Source: Dehalococcoidia bacterium (lineage in GTDB: Bacteria; Chloroflexota; Dehalococcoidia; Lucifugimonadales; JAGWBF01). Taken from it: DNA of 64,000 bases. Positions within the stretch are counted from its first letter, which is position 1. Each line of letters starts with the position of its first letter. The notes under the pieces are model-generated. The model was not told where the DNA came from and made no database searches. It was given only the letters and a program-made list of their open reading frames with translations. Below are positions 34,869 to 43,052 of the stretch, in pieces. The translations under genes and the position numbers were made by a program. The stretch covers positions 449,138 to 513,137 of the forward strand of contig OZ220675.1 in assembly GCA_965116325.1 (NCBI GenBank). Direction: 5' to 3'.

Positions 34869-37348
34869 CGCACCACAACAGGCATAATTGCTCCGTTGCC
34901 GACGGATCCCGGGACACAGGACCGGCACGGCCGGACGCGTCCCTTCAAGGTGAGGAGTTGCCCCGACCGCACGAGCTGCAACGACGGATACAGAAGCTGG
35001 AAGAGCGCCTCTCGCGATTGAGCGAGGCCAGCCTCCGCATCACCGAAGACCTGGACTTCAGGTCCGTGCTTCAGGGGGTGGTGGACAGCGCAAGGGCGCT
35101 CACCTCCTCTCGATATGGTGCGATCACCGTCCTGGGAGAAGGCGGTCAGACGCCCGACTTCATCGTCTCCGGCATGAACCAGGAGGAGCATAGGGGGCTC
35201 TGGGACATGCGGGAAGGGCTGGGCTTCTTCGAGTACCTTAGCGGCCTTGCCGAGCCTCTGCGGGTCCCGAACATAGACGACCACCTTAGAGCGTTGAACA
35301 TGCCGGAGTTCCTGCCCTCCGTGCCGGTTACCTCCCTGTTGGTGGCCCCCATTCGCCATCATGGGGTCGGGGTCGGCACCATCTACCTGACACATGGGGA
35401 GGATGGAGGGGAGTTCTCCCAGGAGGACGAGGATACCCTGGTGCTCTTCGCGTCCCAGGCGGCGATGGCCATCGCCAACGCCCGCAGGCACCGGGAGGAG
35501 CAACGGGCCAGGGCCAACTTGGAGACGCTCATCAACACATCTCCAGTGGGCGTCGTGGTCTTCGATGCCGCGACGGGAGCGCCCAAGTCCTTGAACAGGG
35601 AGGCGATGAGGATCGTCGACAGCCTGCGGAATCCTGACCAGACCCCGGAGCAGCTCCTGGAGATATTGACCTTCAGGCGGGCCGACGGTCGGGAGATCTC
35701 CCTGCGGGAGTACCCGATGGCCGAGCTCCTGAGCATAGACGAGACGGTGCGCTCGGAAGAGATCGTCATGCGGGTCCCCGACGGGCGGAGCGTCACCGTG
35801 CTGCTCAACTCGACTCCCATACTCTCCGATGGGGGTTCGGTCGAGTCGGTGGTGGTCACCATGCAGGACATGGCGGCTGTGCAGGAGCTGGAGCGCCTGC
35901 GGGCCGAGTTCCTGGCGATGGTGAGCCACGAGCTCAGGGTGCCGCTTGCCACTATCAAGGGCTCCTCGTCCACGGTGCTGGGTACAGCCGCCGACCTCGA
36001 CCCCGCCGTGATGCTTCAGTTCTTCCGTATCGTCGAGAACCAGGCAGATCAGATGAACAACCTGGTATCCGATCTGCTGGACGTGGCTCGCATGGAGACG
36101 GGCTCGCTGTCGGTCAGTCCCGAACCCGCGGACGTGGCCGTATTGGTGGACAGGGCGAGGAGCGCCTTCACCAGCGCCGGGACCAGTAATCATGTCGAAA
36201 TTGACATCGAGCCGGGCCTTCCCCTGGTGATGGCGGACCGGCGGCGCATCGTCCAGGTGCTGGGCAACCTGCTGTCCAACGCGGCCCGCAACTCCGGGGA
36301 GTCGTCGCCCATCCGGGTGACCGCCTCGCGGGAGGGCGTTCACGTCGCGGTATCGGTGTCCGATGAGGGGCGGGGCATCCCACCGGAGAACCTGACGATC
36401 CTGTTTCGCAAATTCTCCAGGGCGCAGTCCGAGGAGCAGGGCGGGGACACGGGGCTGGGTCTCGCCATCTGCAAGGGAATAGTGGAGGCCCACGGCGGCC
36501 GCATCTGGGCCGAGAGCGACGGGCCTGGACTGGGGGCGCGGTTCACCTTCACCCTCCCCGTGGACGGGACGGACGGAGCAAGCGGGCTAGCCTCGGCCGC
36601 TCCTCGCTCCTCGCGTCAAAGGCAGAGGGTTACGGGTGACGGGGTGCGAGTCCTCGCGGTGGACGACGACCCCCAAGCCCTCCGCTACGTCCGGGACGCC
36701 CTCATCCAGTCAGGATACACGCCCATACTGACCGGGGACCCGGAGGAGGCGGTCCGCCTGACGGAACAGCAGCGGCCTCACCTGGCGCTTTTGGACCTCA
36801 TGCTTCCGGGAACGGACGGCATCGAGCTGATGAAGAGCATAGTGGATATAGCGAACGTGCCGGTCATCTTCCTGTCGGCCTACGGACGGGACGAGGTCAT
36901 TGCCCGGGCCTTCGAGATGGGGGCCATCGACTACATGGTCAAGCCCTTCTCACCCACGGAGCTTGCGGCGAGGATCGGGTCGGCGCTGCGCCGGAGGGAG
37001 GTGTCCGAGCCGTCGGAGCCCTACTTGCTGGGCGACCTGACCATCGACTACTCCGCGCGCAGCGTGACTCTCGCCGGTCGTCCGGTTCAGTTGACCGCGA
37101 TGGAGTACCGGATGCTGGCCGAGCTTTCGGCCAACGCCGGGCGGGTGTTGACCTACGAGCATCTGTTAGAAAGCGTCTGGGGGGAGAAGGGCGCCGGCAA
37201 CATGAGCCCCATGCGCACTATCGTGGACAAGCTGCGCACCAAGCTGGGCGATGTCGGCGGCAACCCGACCTACATCTTCACCGAGCGCCGCGTCGGCTAC
37301 CGGATGCCGAAGGGGGAGGGGAAGGAGGGACCGCCGACAACTGCCTGA
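34838..37348 (+). CDS. fused sensor histidine kinase and OmpR-family response regulator (GAF-PAS-HisKA-HATPase-REC-winged helix)
   Basis: H-box SHELRVPLATIKG. G-boxes GLGLAICKGIVEAHGGRIW. REC domain VLAVDDD...LALLDLMLPGTDG...KPF. Trans_reg_C domain LTAMEYRMLAEL...RRVGYRM. No TM helix is present. The true start may be TTG 34958, which has AAGGTG upstream and lies downstream of the promoter at 34860-34888. Confidence 0.85.
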   Translation: MSHLSSLIVTTHHNRHNCSVADGSRDTGPARPDASLQGEELPRPHELQRRIQKLEERLSRLSEASLRITEDLDFRSVLQGVVDSARALTSSRYGAITVLGEGGQTPDFIVSGMNQEEHRGLWDMREGLGFFEYLSGLAEPLRVPNIDDHLRALNMPEFLPSVPVTSLLVAPIRHHGVGVGTIYLTHGEDGGEFSQEDEDTLVLFASQAAMAIANARRHREEQRARANLETLINTSPVGVVVFDAATGAPKSLNREAMRIVDSLRNPDQTPEQLLEILTFRRADGREISLREYPMAELLSIDETVRSEEIVMRVPDGRSVTVLLNSTPILSDGGSVESVVVTMQDMAAVQELERLRAEFLAMVSHELRVPLATIKGSSSTVLGTAADLDPAVMLQFFRIVENQADQMNNLVSDLLDVARMETGSLSVSPEPADVAVLVDRARSAFTSAGTSNHVEIDIEPGLPLVMADRRRIVQVLGNLLSNAARNSGESSPIRVTASREGVHVAVSVSDEGRGIPPENLTILFRKFSRAQSEEQGGDTGLGLAICKGIVEAHGGRIWAESDGPGLGARFTFTLPVDGTDGASGLASAAPRSSRQRQRVTGDGVRVLAVDDDPQALRYVRDALIQSGYTPILTGDPEEAVRLTEQQRPHLALLDLMLPGTDGIELMKSIVDIANVPVIFLSAYGRDEVIARAFEMGAIDYMVKPFSPTELAARIGSALRRREVSEPSEPYLLGDLTIDYSARSVTLAGRPVQLTAMEYRMLAELSANAGRVLTYEHLLESVWGEKGAGNMSPMRTIVDKLRTKLGDVGGNPTYIFTERRVGYRMPKGEGKEGPPTTA
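34860..34888 (+). promoter_or_regulatory. sigma70-type promoter
   Basis: TTGTCA (34860-34865), a 17-nt spacer, then CATAAT (34883-34888). Confidence 0.5.
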
Positions 37349-37499
37349 GCAGCCGATGGGCTTGGAAAGCTGGCTCAGCCTACAGCGTCAGCGCAAAGGG
37401 CAGCGTGAGGGTTCTTGGTGTTATCAAGTCTGGTGGGGTCCACCAGCCCAGGCAGCCTCCCTGCACACCGCTTCCCCTCGGCGTAGACGCCTTCGTGCA

Positions 37500-39479
37500 C
37501 TATTGGCAGAACGGCAAGTCAATTCGGGCAAAGTCATTGCTTGGTACGTCCTGCAGACCCGCTGGAATGCATCCCGTGAGTTCGGTACCAGAAAGGTAAA
37601 CAGACCTCAGATGAGCCAGCTCCCCTAATTCAGGGGGGATTTCACCACTCAACCTGTTGCCGTTCAACGTTAGCCATGTCAGGCTGGAGAGCTGGCCCAA
37701 CTCCGGAGGGATTTCACCATTCAGAAGATTTCCATTAAGGTTCAGGCCGATGACACGCCCATCATCGTCGGTGGTCACACCGAACCACTCCCCAACGGGA
37801 GCACCGCTCAGCCACTTGTACCTGTACAGCCAGCTCTCTCCGGCCGCAGCATTGTAGAGAGCAGCGAGAGCAGCGCCATCGCCAGAAAAGCTATTCGCAG
37901 AGGACTGGCCCTCACAGAAGGATAACCCAGTTAGGTGAAAGTCATTGCTAAAGCGCCTAAGTGATCGCCAAGCGACAGGTATGCATCCGTTCAACTGGTT
38001 GTCTCGGATGTGCGCCTCCCACAGGAAAAGCATATTTCCCAGTTCAGCCGGGATTGGGCCGCTCAACCGGTTCCCAACAATATGTAGGAGCTTCAGATAA
38101 GCGATGTTGCCCATCTCCGGAGGGATGGGGTCGCTGAGCTGATTATTGGAGAGGTCCAACTGCAGCAATCCATCAAGGTTGCCCATCTCTGTAGGGATGG
38201 GCCCGGACAACTGGTTGCCAGAGAGATGCAGCGTCGTCAGAGCGGTCAGGTTGCCCAGCTCAGGGGGGATGGGGCCGGTCAACTGGTTTCTGTGCAGCTG
38301 CAGATACCCAAGACTGGTCAGCTCCCCGAGTTGCGGTGGGATCGCCCCCGCCAGCTGGTTTCGTCCCAGGCGAAGACGGATGACCCGGCCAGCGGCGTTT
38401 GTTTCCACCCCATACCATTCGCTGATAGGAGTATCGCTGAGCCATTTTTCATTGTTGGTCCAGTTGGCTCCGCCGGTGGCGTTGTAGAGTGCTACCAATG
38501 CAGCCCTATCTGAAGATGCACTGCCACGGATTTCCCTGCAGACGGGGGCGATCAAGCTAAGCAGATCATTTACCGGCACCTGCAGCAGCACTGGGGGTAT
38601 GCAGTCGCCCGACGGTCTGACCAGAGGAGATGAAAGGTATAGCACATCCAGGTTGGTCAATTTGGCCAATTCACGGGGGATCGGGCCGGTCACCTGGTTC
38701 GAATTGAGATTGAGCACTCTCAGGTATTTCAGGTCCGCCAGCTCCGGCGGGATCGGTCCTGCTAAATTGCGCCGGGACAGGTCCAACTCAATAACGCGGC
38801 CCACACCGTTGGTGGTCACGCCGGACCATGCGCTGATTGGAACGTCAGTCAACCAATTATTCGCGCCAAGCCAGTTTGCTCCATCTGTTGCGTTGTAAAG
38901 CGCCGTTAGAACAGCCCTGTCTACCCTTTCCGCTTCCAACATCTCAGGTGAAGCGGTGGGGATAACCCTGGGAGTAGGCGTAGGAGGACGCGTGGGAACG
39001 AGGGTTGGAGTAGCATTGGGATCGATTGTAGCGACGGCAACTGGGGCAACTGCTATTGGGACCGCCTCTTGAGGCGTAGGAGTCGGCACGGATGTGGGCG
39101 CACTAGCCGTTGTCGGCACGGATGTGGGTACATCCGTCAAGACTGACGCAGAGGTAGGTGTGTTGGTAGCAGGTTGGAGCGGGACTGGTGTATCGGTAGG
39201 AGACGGCGCGCCGGTGACTGTGGGCACGGCGCCCTCTGTCGCTGTAGGGACAGGTGAGGCAGTGGGTCGTTCAGCAGTGTCTGCAGTCGCCTCAGCTACC
39301 GCTCTTGTTGTCGGCTCCACCACGCTTGTGGTGGATTCAGTGCCTGGGTCGGCCCCGCCGCATGCTGCCGTGGCTGTCGCCACCAACCATCCCAACAAGA
39401 GGAAAATCGCGACCGGTCGCCAGCGGATGCCCATCTGTCCGACAATACCCCCGATCAGATTTGTCCTTGGAGGTTCCAT
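37500..39479 (-). CDS. multi-module plant-type LRR lipoprotein with Pro/Thr-rich linker
   Basis: Three concatenated N-cap/LRR/C-cap modules (ALYNATDGANW..., ALYNATGGANW..., ALYNAAAGESW...). It ends IDLPFCQ. A likelier start is MGIRWRP (ATG 39434), before the lipobox ATAAC. Confidence 0.8.
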   Translation of the reverse strand: MEPPRTNLIGGIVGQMGIRWRPVAIFLLLGWLVATATAACGGADPGTESTTSVVEPTTRAVAEATADTAERPTASPVPTATEGAVPTVTGAPSPTDTPVPLQPATNTPTSASVLTDVPTSVPTTASAPTSVPTPTPQEAVPIAVAPVAVATIDPNATPTLVPTRPPTPTPRVIPTASPEMLEAERVDRAVLTALYNATDGANWLGANNWLTDVPISAWSGVTTNGVGRVIELDLSRRNLAGPIPPELADLKYLRVLNLNSNQVTGPIPRELAKLTNLDVLYLSSPLVRPSGDCIPPVLLQVPVNDLLSLIAPVCREIRGSASSDRAALVALYNATGGANWTNNEKWLSDTPISEWYGVETNAAGRVIRLRLGRNQLAGAIPPQLGELTSLGYLQLHRNQLTGPIPPELGNLTALTTLHLSGNQLSGPIPTEMGNLDGLLQLDLSNNQLSDPIPPEMGNIAYLKLLHIVGNRLSGPIPAELGNMLFLWEAHIRDNQLNGCIPVAWRSLRRFSNDFHLTGLSFCEGQSSANSFSGDGAALAALYNAAAGESWLYRYKWLSGAPVGEWFGVTTDDDGRVIGLNLNGNLLNGEIPPELGQLSSLTWLTLNGNRLSGEIPPELGELAHLRSVYLSGTELTGCIPAGLQDVPSNDFARIDLPFCQ

Positions 39480-39493
39480 CTGAAGATCGGAAG

Positions 39494-39570
39494 TGGTGGG
39501 CCCGGATAGACTCGAACTATCGACCTCGGTCTTATCAGGACCGCGCTCTAACCACCTGAGCTACGGGCCC
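39494..39570 (-). tRNA. tRNA-Ile (anticodon GAU), CCA encoded
   Basis: Reverse complement: GGGCCCGTAGCTCAGGTGGTTAGAGCGCGGTCCTGATAAGACCGAGGTCGATAGTTCGAGTCTATCCGGGCCCACCA. All four stems pair and the anticodon loop is CTGATAA. Confidence 0.95.
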
Positions 39571-39690
39571 ATCCTGCAGGGGGCCATTGTAGCAACGAGG
39601 CATCCCTCCTCGCAACCCTCGGAGTCCTCCTGCGGGGTGCTATAATTGCCCGGTCAGTATCCACCACATTTCCCCAAAGGGAGCTGAGGC

Positions 39691-39978
39691 ATGATCGGCG
39701 TTCTCACCCATCATTGGGCCAAGGAAGACCGGGTCGAGGCCGCCCGCGCTCTCCTGGATGGCAACGGCCTCGCCCAGAGCAAAGCCCCTGGCTTCGGCGG
39801 CCGGCAGACCCTGTACTCCCACACCGACCCGTGCCAGATCACTACGCTGGTCCTGTGGGACAGCAACGAGATATACGACCAGTGGCGGGCCAGCCCCGAG
39901 CGTGCGGCAGCTATGGCAGGGGCGGAGGAGCTGTGGTCCGCGCCTCCCCAGTCCGAGCGCTTCGAAGTGGCAGGCTAG
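39691..39978 (+). CDS. antibiotic-biosynthesis-monooxygenase (ABM) domain protein
   Basis: 95 aa with a ferredoxin-like ABM pattern. A GGAG lies upstream of the ATG. Confidence 0.65.
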   Translation: MIGVLTHHWAKEDRVEAARALLDGNGLAQSKAPGFGGRQTLYSHTDPCQITTLVLWDSNEIYDQWRASPERAAAMAGAEELWSAPPQSERFEVAG

Positions 39979-39991
39979 GCAGGACCCGAAG

Positions 39992-40465
39992 TTGACCACC
40001 CCGGACCATGTCCACGTCAGGCGAGCGACCCCCGCCGACATAGGTGTCCTGGTCGGCTTCAGCGCCTCAATGGCTATGGAGACCGAAGGCCGGTCCCTGG
40101 ACAGGAGTACAGTCGAGAATGGAACGAAGGCGGTCTTCGATTTCCCCGATAAGGGCTACTTCCTGGTGGCCGAAGCTGACGGCGAGGTGGTGGGAAGCCT
40201 TCTCTGTATGGAAGAGTGGAGCGACTGGCGGGGCGCAACCTTCTGGTGGATTCAGAGCGTGTACGTTCGCCCCGACTGGCGCCGAAAGGGAATATACAGG
40301 CGTCTGTATAACTGGCTTCACGAGGCTGCCCGGGCCGCCGATGGTGTGTGCGGAGTGCGCCTCTACGTGGACAAGGACAATCACATAGCCCAGGAGACCT
40401 ACACAAGCCTGGGGATGACCAAGACAAACTACGACCTGTACGAGATCGACTTTGCTCCCCCGTAG
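39992..40465 (+). CDS. GNAT-family N-acetyltransferase
   Basis: Acetyl-CoA motif A region IQSVYVRPDWRRKGIYRRLY. I start it at the in-frame TTG 39992. The listed 235-aa ORF overlaps the ABM gene. Confidence 0.7.
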   Translation: MTTPDHVHVRRATPADIGVLVGFSASMAMETEGRSLDRSTVENGTKAVFDFPDKGYFLVAEADGEVVGSLLCMEEWSDWRGATFWWIQSVYVRPDWRRKGIYRRLYNWLHEAARAADGVCGVRLYVDKDNHIAQETYTSLGMTKTNYDLYEIDFAPP

Positions 40466-41168
40466 GCGCACCCTGTCCTACTCCCGTATCATCCACCTTT
40501 CCCACATTATTGATCCTCACATACCCGCCTGGCCCCGCGACCCTCCCGTTGAGATGGAGCAGGTCGCTGAGATCGCCACCGACGGCTTCTTCCTTAGGCG
40601 CATCTCCATGGGAGAGCATTCGGCAACCCACATGAATGCCCCAGCCTCATTCTTCGAAGGTGGAGCCAGCATTGATAGCTACGATGCCGGTTCGCTCGTG
40701 GTTCCCGTCGTCGCAATCCACCTGTCCGAACTTCCCCCTAGGGAGGAGATGGCCGGCCTGACAGCGGGGGATGTCGTCACGTGGGAGGCCACCCATGGGC
40801 CCGTTCCGGCAGGCAGCCTGGTGTTGGTGCACACCGGCTGGAGCAAACGATGGCAGGACCCGGACGCCTACATTGGCATCGACGCCTCGGGGGCGCCACG
40901 ATTCCCGGGGATAGATGTGGAGGCTGCCCGTGTTCTCCTGGACCAACGGGGAGCGTCGGGCTTGGGAATCGACAGCCCGGGCGTCGATTCCCACCGCGAC
41001 GGAAGTTACAGCACAAACCGCCTGGCGCTGGCCCAAGAACGAATCGTGCTGGAGAACCTCACCAACCTGCAAGAGATGCCTCCCACCGGCGCAACGATCT
41101 TCATAGGGGCGCTAAGGCTCAGGGGCGGATCCGGCAGCCCGGCTGCGGTGCTTGCGTTGCTGCCCTGA
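40452..41168 (+). CDS. cyclase-family protein (kynurenine formamidase-like)
   Basis: GEHSATHMNAPASF resembles the HxGTHxDxPxH motif, and LVHTGW is present. The start codon is uncertain. Confidence 0.7.
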   Translation: MLPRRRTLSYSRIIHLSHIIDPHIPAWPRDPPVEMEQVAEIATDGFFLRRISMGEHSATHMNAPASFFEGGASIDSYDAGSLVVPVVAIHLSELPPREEMAGLTAGDVVTWEATHGPVPAGSLVLVHTGWSKRWQDPDAYIGIDASGAPRFPGIDVEAARVLLDQRGASGLGIDSPGVDSHRDGSYSTNRLALAQERIVLENLTNLQEMPPTGATIFIGALRLRGGSGSPAAVLALLP

Positions 41169-41177
41169 CGTTCTAGG

Positions 41178-41867
41178 CTAAAGCACCACCGGGATCTGCT
41201 CGGAGATGGTCACTTCTGCAGTGCTGACCGTGCAGCGGAAGGCGTAGGCCTCCACCCCAAGCTCCACAGCTTCCCGCAGGGCAACGCCAAAGTCGGGGTC
41301 CGACTCGTCGTTGGGAGACACTGAGGAGGCATCTTCCCTTTGGACCACGAACACCACCGCGCCCCGGTAGCCCTCCCTAACCCTCTCGGCGAGGGTCAAC
41401 ACATGCTTGCGCCCTCGGGTGGTCGGCGCATCGGGGAAGATGCCTGCGTCGTCCACCACTAAGGTCACCGACTTTACCTCCACCAGGCACGTGCCGCCTC
41501 CGCCCGACAAAGCCATGTCCAGGCGGCTGTCTCCGTAGGTCGCCTCCAGCCTGATGCCGTCATAGCCAGCAAAGCAGTCCAGCCTGCCCTGGACCTGGGC
41601 TTCGTGTACCAGCTTGTTGGGCAGCCTGGCGTCGGCGGACGCCAGCGTGTGCCCCAAATCCACCAGGGAAAGGTCGAAGGCGGTCTTGCGATTCTCTCCC
41701 GCTGCCGGAGCCAGCAAGACTCGTCTGCCCTCCACCAGAAGCTCCCTCATGCGCCCGGAGTTGGCGACGTGCACCAGGGTCTCCCGCCCGCTTATGTAAA
41801 CAAGGGCCGCAAAGCGGTTCAACCGGCGTATGAACCGGGCTTCGACCAGCCTACCGAGTGCGACCAT
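41178..41867 (-). CDS. sfsA: sugar fermentation stimulation protein SfsA
   Basis: FIRRLNRFAALV...VHVANSGRMRELL pattern. The start is moved to ATG 41867, with AAGGAG 6 nt upstream. Confidence 0.8.
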   Translation of the reverse strand: MVALGRLVEARFIRRLNRFAALVYISGRETLVHVANSGRMRELLVEGRRVLLAPAAGENRKTAFDLSLVDLGHTLASADARLPNKLVHEAQVQGRLDCFAGYDGIRLEATYGDSRLDMALSGGGGTCLVEVKSVTLVVDDAGIFPDAPTTRGRKHVLTLAERVREGYRGAVVFVVQREDASSVSPNDESDPDFGVALREAVELGVEAYAFRCTVSTAEVTISEQIPVVL

Positions 41868-42020
41868 TGGAGGCTCCTTGGCACAGGTACGGATATTCCC
41901 AGGAATGAGTGGGCCTCCGCCCATCCTACCAACCGTCCCAAAGGCCCGGCAACCGGACACAATTCGATAGCCTAAGGCCAGCGGGGCAGATATAATTGCC
42001 AGAAATCACGGAGGTGGCAT

Positions 42021-42857
42021 TTGGCGTCATTCATGGAAAAGCTGGAGTCCGCAAGCCTGTCCAATCGGAGCCTTCTTTGCGTTGGGCTGGACCCGGACCC
42101 CCGGCAAATGCCCGTCTCCGACCTGTTCGAGTTCAACCGCGCCATCATCGACGCCACCATGGACCTGGTCTGCGCCTACAAGCCCAACGTGTCCTTCTAC
42201 GAAGCCCAGGGCTTCCCCGGGCTGGAAGCCCTCAAGCAAACAATTGAGTACATCCACAGCGCCTCTGACGGCGTCCCCGTCATCGGAGACGCCAAGCGGG
42301 GGGACCTGGGGCCATCCGCCGAGAGCTACGCCAAAGCTATGTTCGAGGTGTGGGAGTTCGATGCCATTACCGCCACCGCCTGGGGTGGGCGGGAGTCCCT
42401 CCAACCTTTCTTCGACTGCAAGGACAAGGGAGTGTTCGTGTGGTGTCGCAGCTCCAACAGCTCGGCGGGCGACATCCAGGACCTGCCCGTGGCCTCCAAT
42501 GGAACACAGCGTCCTGTCTTTGAACTTCTGGCTGATATGGCCCAGGGATGGAACGGCAACGGCAACGTAGGCCTGGTGGTGGGAGCTACCTACCCCGAAG
42601 ATCTAAACAAGTTGAGAGCCATGTGCCCCGATATGCCCTTCCTGATTCCGGGCGTGGGTGCTCAGGGTGGAGCACTGGAAGAGTCGGTGCGCTGCGGCGT
42701 CAACGCAGCCGGGCGCATGGCCATCGTCAGCTCCTCCAGGGGCATCCTGTACGCATCGGCAGGCGCGGACTATCCCGAGGCAGCCCGCCAGGCCGCCCTG
42801 GATGTGCGGGACCAGATGAACGCCGTGCTGGAGCAGGAAGGCAAGGGATGGTCCTAG
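42021..42857 (+). CDS. pyrF: orotidine-5'-phosphate decarboxylase (type 2)
   Basis: LCVGLDPD and DAKRGDLG motifs. Confidence 0.85.
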   Translation: MASFMEKLESASLSNRSLLCVGLDPDPRQMPVSDLFEFNRAIIDATMDLVCAYKPNVSFYEAQGFPGLEALKQTIEYIHSASDGVPVIGDAKRGDLGPSAESYAKAMFEVWEFDAITATAWGGRESLQPFFDCKDKGVFVWCRSSNSSAGDIQDLPVASNGTQRPVFELLADMAQGWNGNGNVGLVVGATYPEDLNKLRAMCPDMPFLIPGVGAQGGALEESVRCGVNAAGRMAIVSSSRGILYASAGADYPEAARQAALDVRDQMNAVLEQEGKGWS

Positions 42858-43033
42858 AGCTGCGCATCGGCGACGTCCTGCGTCTGAAGAAGACCCACCC
42901 CTGCGGAAGCAGCATGTGGCAGGTGGTGCGCCTGGGGGCCGACATAGGCATCCGCTGCCAGGGCTGCGCCCGCCAGGTGATGCTGCAGCGCTCCTATCTG
43001 GAGCGGCGGGTGAGAGAGGTCCTGCCCCGCTGA
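42848..43033 (+). CDS. DUF951-family small protein
   Basis: 61 aa with the pattern KKTHPCGSSMWQVVRLGADIGIRCQGCARQV. Its ATG overlaps the pyrF stop. Confidence 0.6.
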   Translation: MVLELRIGDVLRLKKTHPCGSSMWQVVRLGADIGIRCQGCARQVMLQRSYLERRVREVLPR

Positions 43034-43052
43034 TGCGAACCCCCGACGCAGC

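Noticed and set aside
34853-36493. 546-aa minus-strand ORF
   Set aside because: It is antisense to the histidine kinase/regulator gene, whose domains are clear. The product is of low complexity.
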